DNA of 60,624 nt, filler included, from Sphacelaria rigidula (taxonomy: Eukaryota), in assembly GCA_964200075.2 (NCBI GenBank). It is 9 parts of 9 records of this genome, joined end to end, with 100 filler letters (N's around TTAATTAATTAA, not from the genome) between each part and the next. Parts side by side here need not be neighbours in the genome. Positions count along the whole stretch, not along the records: positions 20,243 to 26,889 come from CAXNAA020018843.1; positions 26,990 to 33,636 come from CAXNAA020018844.1; positions 33,737 to 40,383 come from CAXNAA020018845.1; 6 more parts are not named here. One strand, given 5' to 3'. Positions 25,787 to 37,406 of the stretch are shown one piece after another. The translations under genes were made by a program, and so were the position numbers. Numbering within the stretch: position 1 is the first letter of the stretch; each line of letters begins with the position of its first letter. The notes under the pieces were generated by a model. That model did not search any database, was not told the origin of the DNA, and worked only from the letters and a program-made list of their open reading frames with translations.

Positions 25787-26094
25787 CTCCCCCTAATCGG
25801 ATACCTCAGCACTCAAAGCTAAAAAAATAAGAAGAAGGAAACTCGGCCTTCTCGGCCTTCCGAGCAAAAACCCCGTATCACACAAACCCTACCGCTTGTG
25901 CTCAAAACAAACAGCCCTTTTTCGCCCAAGTCAGGGCACCTGCACTTAACAACGAGAAACGCCCTACAAACCCATGTCCCTCAAAGTAGCGTGAGCGGCT
26001 TCACCCGATGTAAGCGCAGATGCATTACGGAAACCATGACCTGAAACATCTAGAGCTGAAAAATCGAAAGACACTCACAAAACAAAATATGTGT

Positions 26095-26889
26095 CTACTC
26101 GCTGTCCCCAGTGTTCATCAAGGCGCGGCGGTGCCTGTTGAACAGCGTGAATGGGAGCGACTTTGTAAGGATATCAGCGTGTTGCCACTCCGAATCCACA
26201 TGAACAATCCTTGCTGCTCCCGTCCTGACCAAGTCCCTAATAAAATGCCACCTCACGTCGATGTGCTTACTTCGACCTGAGCTGAGAGGGTTGTCGGCTA
26301 AAGCCTTAGCCCCCTCATTGTCTTCATAGAGAACAATATCGTATTCTACTTGTCGTCCCAACACGACCTTCGGTCGTAGGAAAGACAGTACCGACGTGAC
26401 AAACATGCATTCCTTCGCCCCTTCCGCCATAGCTACGTACTCGGCCTCGGTGGTTGACAGGGTAACGCAGTGTTGCGTTCGACTGGTACTTGATACTGCT
26501 ATTCCCCCGTACATGACCGCTGCACCGGAAACTGACCGCCGGTCTGTATCTTTCTTGGCGTAATCAGCATCACAATAAACTGTGAGCCTACTGTCCCCTG
26601 AACTAAAAATCAGACCGTAGTTTCTGGTTGTGTTGAGGTACGCCAGAACTTTCAACACCCCTCGCCAGTGTCTTTCACGTGAGTCGTGTGATTGTCGGGC
26701 CAGGTCTCGAGCTGCATTTGCTATGTCAGGCCTGGTTACCCCAGCTAACCACATCAAACCTCCCACGGCACTCCGATATGGCCTATCTAAAACCTTATCT
26801 CCTTGCTTCACCGGTCCCAAATCTGCAGACACTGATGTGGGAATATCAGAAAATTCCGTAACCTCGAAACGCTTCAGCATGGTGTCGAC
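26095..26889 (-). mobile_element. Ty1/copia pol C-terminus (RT thumb + RNase H), open to contig end
   Basis: YRSAVGGLMWL..TRPDIA, YCDADYA...RRSVSG, LSTTEAEY, EDNEGA, KHIDVRWH and ADILTK motifs; frame uninterrupted. Confidence 0.95.
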
Positions 26890-26989
26890 NNNNNNNNNNN
26901 NNNNNNNNNNNNNNNNNNNNNNNNNNNNNNNNNTTAATTAATTAANNNNNNNNNNNNNNNNNNNNNNNNNNNNNNNNNNNNNNNNNNNN

Positions 26990-27420
26990 TGTGTTCGGTG
27001 AGTCGCATGAAGGGTGAGCTTCATCCTGCTAAGATTGTTCGGCCCGAAGCCTACTGATCGTCTTGCATTTGGATGATAGTCTTCAACGAGTTGCTTTATT
27101 TTCTGGTATCGCCACCTCCAGAGGCAGCCATGGCTTATACACTGACTCATGGGTGTGTCACCATTTAAACACCACATTGTACGATCATCCCCATTGTGCG
27201 GAGTTGAGGTTCTTCCACGCCACACAACATGATCTAGCCCGTCTACCACCATGGTTACCGCAAAACAAACGCAAGCGCACAAAAAAACGGTCACCTGGTT
27301 GCCTAGCTTACGCAGTAAGTGGCGTGTTTTATAGCGTCATCGCCAACCGACGCCAAGCCCATCGGGGGTCCGCCCCTACAAAGCCGAGATGGAGCACGGC
27401 GGGTTCTCGCCGGACGAGGC
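26990..27420 (-). mobile_element. Interspersed repeat, second copy of 24310-24730
   Basis: Reverse-complement alignment to 24310-24730. Confidence 0.7.
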
Positions 27421-28585
27421 CATTTTGGGGGACAGGGATAAGTCATCGTTCAGCGCGAGACGGTGTAGCTCTGTTCTTTGGAGTTCAGAAGCTTCACCTC
27501 CCCTCTCGCCGTCTTGCTCGGGGATTCCCGTTTTCAGCAATTGCGAATATGGTGATGTTGCTGGTGTAGATGATTGTGGTGCCGGCGTCGCAGGCGAAAG
27601 TGCGGGAGATGCCGGTGAAGTTGCAGATGGTGACGGTGCAGGTGATGTAGACGGCGTGGCCGGCGCCGCAGGCGGCGACGCTTATGACGCCGATGTGGTC
27701 AACGCCTTTCCCCGATCGCTGATAGGACCTTGAACGGGAGCATTTAGAATCACCCCGCCCTCTTTCGCCCCCGCAAGGACGAGGTGCAGTCATTCGACCC
27801 CCCGCATCTTGACTTGACATGCATGATCATGAGTACACCCCCCCCCCTCCCCCGCCCGCTATCACAGCCCCCTGAGGTTGGACTTCCGTGCCTTCGGCTG
27901 TAGCTTATTGGTCCCGGTTTCAAGGATGAGATAAGACTACTGTCCGGTGGCGATCCGGGCCACATTTTACATGGTGACTAGTTTCCAGCGTTGGACGAAG
28001 TGGGGGTACAGCTCAAAGCATGGCACGCCCAGCGTGCTTGCTCAGTCCACAGATTGTCACCAGCGGTTTTCGGATACATTTCGGATGACTGAATTTTGGT
28101 CTCAAGGCCGGCTGTCTCGATGATACCTATTGCACGCTGATCAACACTGTCAAACTGCGGGAAAACCTGCGGTTGGCTTCTCCTGCTTGATTTTCTTCGT
28201 CACGCAGAGTAATAAACGCGTCCTCCTAAAATCCATGCCCATTATCACTACGGACCACCTCTACGTTGCGCGGAGTAATAACTGTGAGATACGTAGTGAA
28301 GCAGTGTTCAGCTTCATCCTTCGAACGGAGAAAATACGCCTCAGTGTGCCGAGTGGTCATCACGGACAATTATCATGAATCACCTTCCCCACACCGATCT
28401 AATGGCTTTTGGTCCCGTGAGATCCACAAGCACTCTATGCGTTCGCTTGGCTTTTTGTGTGTGTGGCGATCTTGGAATGGGCCATCAGAATCCTTTGGCC
28501 TCCGAGCTTTCACATTCAGGTATCAGCTCGCTTCGCAGCCCCGTCCCAATTATCTTGGCGATCTTGCGCAGGAGTTTCTCGTGTT

Positions 28586-28597
28586 GTGGTGGTAGTG

Positions 28598-28634
<37 letters not shown>

Positions 28635-28692
28635 AAGTTGTTGTTCTTGTTCTTGTTCTTGTTCTTGTTCTCGTTCTTGTTCTTGTTGTTCT

Positions 28693-28744
<52 letters not shown>

Positions 28745-28745
28745 A
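28586..28745. repeat. Compound microsatellite (GTA)n-(TTGTTC)n-(GCT)n contiguous with a LINE tail
   Basis: Direct inspection; starts immediately after ...GAAGACAACAATAAC on the - strand. Confidence 0.9.
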
Positions 28746-31700
28746 TTGTTGTCTTCACATGAAAAAAGCATGCGATATTTGCAGTACTCCATACTCGGCA
28801 TCTGATGCGGACGCCTTCCGTGGTCACAGGCTAACTACCCACATGAAGGTACAAGAAAGCTAGCCAAAAAATAAACAGGGCCCAGAAAAATTCGCACAGG
28901 CGCGAAACAAAATATAGAAGTTCTACTTACCTAATAAGTTCTGGGGGCCTAGGCGACCATTCAGACTACTCGAGGCGAAGCCCTACGTTCCCACTCGACA
29001 CGCGAGGCCAAACAAAAATGGAGCCAAAGTCAGGAACCAAAAATCACCAACCATAGCAATAAGAATCGCACGGTCCTGTCTTTGTACCTCCAGAGGGACA
29101 GCCACAGGTACGAGTGTACAAGAAAAGCACCACGTACTAACACACAACCTCGGGGAAGGGGTACATTGGAAAATAGAAACTAGTAGGAGATTAAAAGACA
29201 TTTGGGGATGGTGGGGATTCCTGCCACCTCCGTCACGTTTAATCCGGTACCCGCCATTGCCCATCTCCCCCTGTTCTCAATTTGAACCTTCCTTCGCTTG
29301 TTACTTTTTTCGCCCTTCCTTCCTCTGAGCCATAGTCACTGGTGTATTGGTTTTGTTTATGTCCCGTTTAAGGGTATGGGTTCTGCTGACCCCCTGAGTG
29401 ATGGTACGGTAGGGGTTGTACTTTTTTAGCCGAAAGGGTTCCCGGGGCTGCTCGGGTCGTTGGACGGACCATTTCTTGAATCGGCATCACTTTCACCTGA
29501 TAGAGAGTGAAAACGATAGTGATTAACGGAAAGCCCCCGGCGTGCAAACACCATCTTTCTGGGAATCCGGTCCTGAAAGGGTTAGGTTTGAACAGTAAGG
29601 AAGTCCCATATGTTTGTGCTCCTACAAGGAGAGCCCCCAGACCAAAAAGTGCAACGCCTACCGTAGCATTGCTCTTCTCTTTATTCTTGCTCCATGAGGT
29701 CATAAACATTTCCCCTCTCTACAACACCCCGCGTGTCACAGGATCTCTCCTCCTTCTTCGCTGCTGAGGGCCAGAAGACGCTGTCAGTTTTAAACATCCG
29801 TCGGACGTCGTCCGTAGAGCTGTCTGTGGCTCCGAAAAGTTAAAGATCGTCCCTCAGAACCTTCAGCTCGTTTTGCTCCGCGCACCCTGGTCCTGGATCC
29901 TCCCCCCCCCATGAGTGTTCTCAATGCCAGTTGCTCCTTAGTTGCCCGTTCGGTTGTCTAGCCAGGGCTCCCGCGAACAGCGGTTGCCGTTGCCAAGCAA
30001 AGGCTTCAGAACTTTGGCACCCGGTCTTTTTGAGAGCTTGGGCATACCAAAGAGTCATCCTACGATAGGGGGGGGGCGTATTTGATTGCACGAAAAAAGA
30101 GGCTCAAACGTGTGTCAGATGACCTGCCACACTCGCGGTGCGCTTGTATTTGGTTCAAAACGGTGTCAATCGGTATGAACGAGCGTTATATATCCATAAC
30201 AAGCTCGTTCGAGCAACCGTTGCTCATTCCAAGGACGATTTGACTTGGAATTGCGTGCAAGAAGTGGCCCAAAATGCCCCCCCCCCCCCCTATCGTAGGA
30301 TGACTCAAAAGCTGTCAGTATGTGCTACGCACGCGGTCGTATCCGATACCTCCGAGGAGGAGCCGGCAGTGTACCGTCCTCAGCAACTTGTAATGCTCGT
30401 GGCGCGAGTCCCACGTCATGTATCCGTACAGGAGAGCCTCCATCGCCTCCGCCTCCAGCAGTCGGATCTTGAGTCTCTATAGTGTTTTTGGTCGGTCAAA
30501 GAGCTTCCGGTAAAACTTCCTGATGCGCGCCCACGCTGCTCTGCTCCGGTTTTTGATCTCTCGTGTGGGTCCGCCATCTTCGTTGACGAGCACCCCCGAG
30601 TATCGGAACTTAGTGGTCTGTGCACACTTCTGGCCCACGGATTCGACGATCAGTGGCTGGGGAGGTGGTGTTGGCGGCTCCCCCTCCTTTGCTGGTTCCC
30701 GGTACTCGCATCAGAAGAGTTTCCGTCTTCTTCTCCGACGCCGTCAATCCAAAGACCTCAAACACGTGCACGATCTCAGCCATCCTCCACACCGCTCTCC
30801 GTACGCGTTCCAGATGTGTCTTAATCCGCCCCCCCCGCCCCTCCCGTCCCCTAGTCGAGATATACTATGTCCTTGAGGATGATGTCGTCCTCGTTGAATC
30901 GCACGAGAACCATCTCGAGCGCTGCAGCAAGGAAAATATTGAACAGCAGCGGAAACATCGCACATCGTTGTCACGGCCCCTTTGTGACCTCAGACCACTC
31001 CGAGAGCTCCCCGTCGTCCATGCGTACTTGGGCCTGCATACCATCGTGGAAGAAGTGAGTAAATACGATCATCTCACCCAGAATACTAGCGAGCTAGCAC
31101 CTGCCACAAAACCTTTTGGTCGACCGAATCATAGGTCTTCTGGGCGTCGACGAAGCACATGTACAGCGGTGTGTTCTGCCGTCGTTCCAGTTCCTACAGT
31201 TGGCGCACTGCAAACTTTATGTCGACGGTGGATTGATCAGGTCGGAAGCCACACCGTTTCTCCGGTAGTATCTCGTGGCCTTCGCAGTAGTCGCTGAGGT
31301 GGTTGGCCACTCCCTTCCGGGACACCTTTCCTCGTGCGAAATCAGTGAGATTATCCTGTAGTTGTTGCAGTTGGACCGGCCGACTTCTTGTACTAGAGCA
31401 CTCTGATGGTTGCGTCTTTCTGCTCCTGCGGGACCTCATCTCCGTTCCACACCTCGACGAGAATGACATGGAAGCGTTTAAGAACAATGGGTTCGGCACG
31501 ACCGTTGATCTTGAGTAGCTCTACAGGGAGGGAGTCATGTCCTGGCGCTTTCCAATTGTGCATCCCCCGGACTGTTAGTCTGGCCTCTGGCGTTAGTGCT
31601 GGCCCAAGCGGTACCGAATCTCCGGGGAGTAATGCTGCCGGTGGCTGCTTCACCACCTTGATGATGACTGGGTTAGGCGTGGGCGATTTGGTGTTGGGCG

Positions 31701-33470
31701 GGGTTCGAAAGTATCTCGCCCACCGGCTTGGATCTCGATTTTGTTCCTCAATAGAACCTTGGTCTCGTCCTTGATGAACTGCTACCCACGTGATTGCCCT
31801 CCCGCCAAGACCCGCCGATCTTTTGCAGTGTTTGTACAGGTCTCTGATGTCGCGGTCCTCGTAGATTGCTTCTAGCCTCGCCACATACCTTTCCACGTGT
31901 GCATGGAGGCCATCGTCTATTATTGCTGTACCTACTCCCTAACACGCGGCTCTGAGTACTTTCCCCGTTGCTGGAATCCGGTTGTCCTCAATCCGTCGGC
32001 GTGCCGCCCGTCGTTTGGCAAGTGCCGCCTCTACTGTCGCTCTCGTGTCGATGCTGTAACACGCTTCCGGCATGCGTGGTATCTGTGTCTCTTCCGGGAG
32101 TACTGTCTACGTTACTTTAAGGGTAGCTTCGGTAAACTCCTTCGCGGTCACCAGCGCGGTGGTGAGTGGCCCGATTGCTCGCTTGCCGAGGTTGTGTAGG
32201 AAACTCTCCATCACGTCCTGTCGTGCTAATTCGATCTGCAGCAGCTGCTGCTTGCTGAATTGCCGCTGCTTCGACTTGGTTCGTATGGTATCATTATCGG
32301 CGAGGTGGCCACCGAGGTCGGCAGTGGCTTCCATGAAGTCGGAGTCAGCTTTGCCAAGAGGTGCGGGTTGGGGGTGTGCGACCACGTCGCGCACTCTGTC
32401 TCGGTGTGCCTGCCGGGCGAGTATGTAGTTTATGTGCTTGAAGCCACTCACGCGGTTCCCTGCGACACCGTCGTATGTGTGACATTCCGCCTCTGCGCGT
32501 GCTGAAGAAAGTGTTCGTGATGACTAGTTTGATGTTGCTTGCGAAACGTAACGTTAGGTGGCCATTATCATCCAGCTCATTACGTTCATTGGCGCCTAGG
32601 TAGGGCCAATTTGTCCTGTACAACCGCTCCTTGTATATTTCCCCGTTCGTGCGTTGGCGTCCACCAACGCATACACACGCTCCTTTGACGGGATCCGCTG
32701 AACGAGATCGTCAAGCTCATCCCAGAGCGCTTCCTTCGTGACTTCGGCTGGTATCTACGCAGCTATGAAATTGATCAGTCCACTTTGTCCCAATATCTCA
32801 AACCGCATTGCCATGAAGCGCTCGTCAACGTACTCAGTGGAATAGGGGGCGAATTGCAAATGACTCTTTAACGGCTATTCCCACACCGATGTGCCCACTT
32901 GATTTGCTCCCACCGAAAATTCCGAACAATGCTGATGTGCAGTCTGTTCGTCCTGCCCTCCGTGTCTGCTGCAGTTCTACCACCGAAATATTTAGTCTCT
33001 CAACCTCACACGAAACGCTATAGTCTCGCCCTCACCCATCCGTCCCTTTTACGGTGAGAGTTCTGACGTCGTAAGTGGTTACTCTTGCCGCTTTTCTAGC
33101 GAGCCTACCTCCAGCCCGGCCCCTCCCCTTCCCCCTGGTCTCTTCTTTTTCGTGATCACGCTGTGGACTTTTAGGCTTCGTGTGTTAGCCCGGCCCTTGT
33201 GTTTTGTCACAGACAGGGGCAACTTTCATGTTCTATCCGACTCTGCACCTTTTTCTCGCATCGATCTGGTGCGCGTACCCACGCGGTGTGCAGCCCCTCC
33301 ATTTCTGTCTATACACTGTCCCCACTGCGGTCTCCGCTACTCCGTAGCCCCGGGGTCCGAGCCGAGGCTTCAAGATTTAACCTCGTGCTGCTGCCAAAGT
33401 TGTTCCGAAACAAAGCATACACAACCTCACGATCGCGGTGCCCCTTCACTCCCAACTCAGGCTCCCCGCT
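28745..33470 (-). mobile_element. Near full-length degenerate RTE-type LINE (APE endonuclease + RT)
   Basis: Frame-shifted motifs in order on the - strand: RVTTYDVRTL, ELQQTRR, VDANART, ITNTFF, KAPGHDSLPVELLK, ILPEKRCGFRPDQSTVD, FGLTASEKKTE, C-terminal FMTSW, then the 3' UTR and CAA tail. The 5' boundary is approximate. Confidence 0.88.
30052..30306. mobile_element. ~255-bp MITE copy 2, nested in the LINE
   Basis: Perfect TIR GAGTCATCCTACGATAGGGGGGG ... CCCCCCCTATCGTAGGATGACTC. Confidence 0.85.
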
Positions 33471-33563
33471 GATGTAAGGCTCGACCTCGTGTCTCCACTG
33501 TCATGGGTGCTTTGCGCGGTTGAAAAGCACAGGCGGACTCCTAACACTCCACTATGAGCAGTT

Positions 33564-33636
33564 GGGGGGGTGTACTCATGACCATGCATGCCATAGTCAG
33601 AAGATCATTGACCTCGCATCCCTACAAAGCCGGGAC
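33564..33636 (-). mobile_element. 3' end of C-run-associated LINE (subfamily B), cut by contig end
   Basis: Near-identical to 13327-13395; abuts G7. Confidence 0.75.
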
Positions 33637-33752
33637 NNNNNNNNNNNNNNNNNNNNNNNNNNNNNNNNNNNNNNNNNNNNTTAATTAATTAANNNNNNNN
33701 NNNNNNNNNNNNNNNNNNNNNNNNNNNNNNNNNNNNACATCGGAGTTTTAGG

Positions 33753-34009
33753 GGTTCATTCACCGATAAGGGGGCGGGTATTTGGTTACACGAAAAACGA
33801 GGCTCATAAGTGTGTCAGACATCCTTCCACACTTGCGTTGCGCTTGTATTTGCTTCCAAACGGTGTCAGGCAGTATGGATGGGCGTTTTTGATCCACAAC
33901 AAAAGCTTGTTCGAACAACCGTTCGTTGCTGCTTTCAACGACGACCTGACTCGAAATCTCGAGCAACAAATGGCCCAAAATACCCCCCCCCCCCTATCGC
34001 AGGATGACT
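33753..34009. mobile_element. ~255-bp MITE copy 3 (left TIR degenerate)
   Basis: Internal identity to 30052-30306; right TIR CCCCTATCGCAGGATGACT. Confidence 0.75.
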
Positions 34010-35207
34010 TGTTGATTCTGGTAGGAGAATACTACAGCAACCGTCTCTGTCCTTATCAGACTATCATAGTACCCGGCCAGTTGAGTCTGGCCCTGTCTGG
34101 AAGGAGACATTGCCTCCTGCCCCAACAGGTTCAAAGTGGCCGTTTATTCAGAAGATACCCTTCTCTTCGGCTAGGCTGTAGGGCCGAATCTTACACGACA
34201 CGGCGTCGAAAACCCGAGTAAACTGGACCTAACATATGAAGAACCCCGATTGGTGGTTAACTCCGGTGTTAATACCAGCGTCGATCGATAGGCGCGCTGA
34301 CCTAAACGTCAACGCTGGCTACATCTATCGCTGCCTTTGCGCAGATTTCACACCAGTTCCCTCTAGAATTGTCATTGGAAAATGGAAAAATATTCCGAAA
34401 CACGTCGGCGCCGTGCGTAGTCCTTTCAAGGCATGCAGTGCACAAAAGGCCTTGGATCGACAAAACTACTGCATCAACACCTACGTGCGGCTTCAAGTCG
34501 AACTCCTGTGAAGTTTCAGCATCACTAGACGCCAGGTGTGCTGTCTTTTGGCGTCTATTCTCTCATAATACCGCCTCCATAGTACTGAAAAAGAGTAATA
34601 ATACCACAGATATAGACCCTAAATTTCAACGTTAAGTTCGAGTACTTTACTGTGCCCACGGCTAGATGGCGATATTCCATCCAAGATACTCAAAGAGCTT
34701 TGTCGTCATGTGTGAGATATGGGTGCGACATTTTCGACAAGGGGGTGGATATCGATAATGTCATATTTATCAACGGGACCGAGAGTTTCCATGCTAGGCA
34801 AATATGATTTTGAGCCCGTTGAGTCATTTTCCAGACAGCACGTCAGACGTGCCGACCACTACAACCAAGCTAGAACAGGCGTAGACTACACAGCATCAAG
34901 CGCTGTACTAAGGATAACGGGAACCTCGCTTGATCTTACGCCGAACTTTGTTTCTCTGTGTATCGTGTGTTGTTGGTTGGAAGCTTGTACCGTAAAAAAA
35001 ACGGTTTTGCAACGTGGACGTCAACACTAGTCCAGTATATTGCGTGTGTGTTGTCTTCCGTGAGGGGCTGTTGTCTGCGACCGCGAACGTCCTTGGTCGT
35101 GAGGGCGAGACAGCAATCGTTGATGCTCTGGCCCTGTCGGTCTTCCCTCGACCAAACTACGAGAGACGCGGATCAACCAGCGTGGAGGACGAGAGAGCTG
35201 TCGAGAC

Positions 35208-36629
35208 ATGGGTGAAAAGCGAGAACACCAAGACGGCTCTGAAGATGCGGGAAAATCTGCTGACTGTGGCAAGTGTGGTGATGTAATGCCGCGAAATCCG
35301 CTCAGATATCACGTGGATGTGCTCTTACATCTGATGCCTTTCATCGCTGGAGAGGGATACTTGTTCGTGGCTGGGGTGTCCAAGCACTGGAGAACTAGCT
35401 GGGGTGATCGGGTAAAAGAAACTCACTTGAGCGTGGCTGTACAGTCGGAATCGTGCCTGGCGTGGTCTAGGGCTAGCGGGTGTCTTTGGAATGAGAAGAC
35501 ATGCCGTCAAGCGGCCATGGTGGGCAGCTTGGAGGCTCTTCAGTATGCTCGGGTCGAGGGTTGTCCTTGTGACGCGTCAACATGTTCGGCGGCTGCTGGC
35601 AACGGGTATCTCGACATCGTCAAGTGGTGCAAGACGAACGGTTGTCCTTGGGATGCTCACACTTGTTCGGAGGCTGCGGCAGAGGGAGAGCTCGAGGTAC
35701 TGCAATGGTCTAAAGCGAACGGGTGTGAATGGGATGGATGGACGTGCCATCGGGCTGCTCAAAATGGCCATCTCGAAGTATTGAAGTGGAGCAGGGCCAA
35801 CGGCTGTCCTTGGGACGAATTCACGAGTGCATGCGCTACTGAAAAGGCCGGTGGCCTTGACGTACTGGAGTGGTGTATCCGCAATGGCTGTCCGTGGGAT
35901 AATCGGGTATGCTCATGGGCGGCGGAGAGGGGAGATGTGCAAATGCTGTTGTGGTGCGACCGTAACGGCATACGCTGGGACTGGCGCACAAGTGGGGGAG
36001 CTGCTAAGGGCGGGCATCTTCTGGTACTGAAGTTGCTCAGAGCTTTGGGCTGTCCGTGGGATAAAAGAACATTCGAGTACGCTGCTATCGGGGCTAATAT
36101 TGAGGTAATGGGATGGTGTAGGGCCAACGGTTGTCCATGGGATGAAGGAACATGTAAAGGAGCTGCCCGGAGCGGGGACATAGAGGCGCTGCAGTGGTGC
36201 AGGGCCAACGGCTGTCCCTGGAATGAAGAAACGCCTACTTACGCCGCTGAGGGAGGATATTTGGAAATACTGCAATGGTGCGTAGCCAATGGCTGCCCCT
36301 GGGATGAAAGCACGTGTAGCGCAGCTGCTTTCGGCGGCCGTCTTGAGGTCCTGCAATGGTGCAGGGCTAATGGATGCCCTTGGGATAAAGAGACGTGCAA
36401 GTATGCTGCCTATACTGGGCGGCTTGGGGTCCTGCAGTGGTGCAGAGCTAATGGTTGTCCATGGGATCACTGCACGTGCAGGGCTGCCGCTAAGATGGGG
36501 CACCTTGGAGTGCTCCAGTGGTGCAGAGCGAATGGCTGTCCTTGGGACGAAATGGCGTGCGAGCTAGCTGAAGCACGTGGACATGCAGAGGTAGTGGAGT
36601 GGTGCAAAACCAATGGCTGTCCGTCGTAG
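35208..36629 (+). CDS. GCPW-type ankyrin-like repeat protein with F-box-like N-terminus (473 aa, intronless)
   Basis: 14 tandem ~27-aa repeats GCPWDxxTCxxAAxxGxLEVLQWCRAN; N-terminal VLLHLMPF...FVAGVSKHWR resembles an F-box; uninterrupted ORF ending in TAG. Confidence 0.9.
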   Translation: MGEKREHQDGSEDAGKSADCGKCGDVMPRNPLRYHVDVLLHLMPFIAGEGYLFVAGVSKHWRTSWGDRVKETHLSVAVQSESCLAWSRASGCLWNEKTCRQAAMVGSLEALQYARVEGCPCDASTCSAAAGNGYLDIVKWCKTNGCPWDAHTCSEAAAEGELEVLQWSKANGCEWDGWTCHRAAQNGHLEVLKWSRANGCPWDEFTSACATEKAGGLDVLEWCIRNGCPWDNRVCSWAAERGDVQMLLWCDRNGIRWDWRTSGGAAKGGHLLVLKLLRALGCPWDKRTFEYAAIGANIEVMGWCRANGCPWDEGTCKGAARSGDIEALQWCRANGCPWNEETPTYAAEGGYLEILQWCVANGCPWDESTCSAAAFGGRLEVLQWCRANGCPWDKETCKYAAYTGRLGVLQWCRANGCPWDHCTCRAAAKMGHLGVLQWCRANGCPWDEMACELAEARGHAEVVEWCKTNGCPS

Positions 36630-37187
36630 CAGAACCGAATCGTGAAGTGGGTATAACAGGTACGTGATTCGCGTCAAAGTAGTGCTTTCAGCGCGTTGCA
36701 GGTGGATTTGCTTTTGCACACACGGTGATCTAACTCCCGCTTGATGAAGAGGAAGGAACGAAGGAACACGATAGTCCGTGGTTGCTAGCCGCAGCACTAC
36801 GGCAAGTAAGGTGGTGTTCCTTTCTTCATGCCTTGTGTTTGCGTTCATATCGACTGTGGAACCATACCCTCCGCCGAACATTGTGCCACCAAACACTCAC
36901 ACCGTACGCATGTGCAAGTGCCTCGTACTTGGGTGTACATCCCCAGCAATTTCTACGCATCCAGATACTTCGCGGCAAATTTTTTCGCTTGCGTTGAACT
37001 TTGCACCCTGTCTCTAGTCCGTTGCCAGTACCAGCCACCCAATATCAGCATGTTGCACGCATACTCGGAAAATATTAGGCTGGACAAGATCTGAATTGTG
37101 CCGTGAATTTATAGCATCGATGTGTACCTTGTCAGGTGTCGGGGGTATGAAGAATCCATTGAGCGGCAGCGTTCGATATTAGTGCGG

Positions 37188-37406
37188 CACACGCGGCCAT
37201 TTGGCTACACCCCAAAATGCCTCCGGAGGGATGCGCGGCGCTCCAGGGGGAAAAAAAGCCTCCGGAGGCCTTCAGTCCCTCTGGAGGAAACCAAACTCCA
37301 CCGCCCCGGAGTGCCGCGCACCCCTCCGGAGTCGTTTAATTTCTCTGGAGGGTCTAAAAGTTCACCCACCTGGAGGAATATGGAGGTAGCCAAATGGCCG
37401 CGTGTG
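37188..37406. mobile_element. CACTA/CMC-like MITE (TIR CACACGCGGCCATTTGGC), copy 1
   Basis: Inverted termini; internal CCTCCGGAGG/CCTCTGGAGG palindromic subrepeats. Confidence 0.8.

Noticed and set aside
28375..28863. Poly-Ser/Cys/Ala/Thr ORFs
   Set aside because: They are translations of a compound microsatellite.
33400..33560. HDV-like ribozyme at the RTE 5' end
   Set aside because: Expected for some RTE elements, but I could not identify the nested double-pseudoknot pairings by eye.
35759..36567. Overlapping and antisense ORFs within the GCPW gene
   Set aside because: They are shadow frames of the repetitive coding strand.
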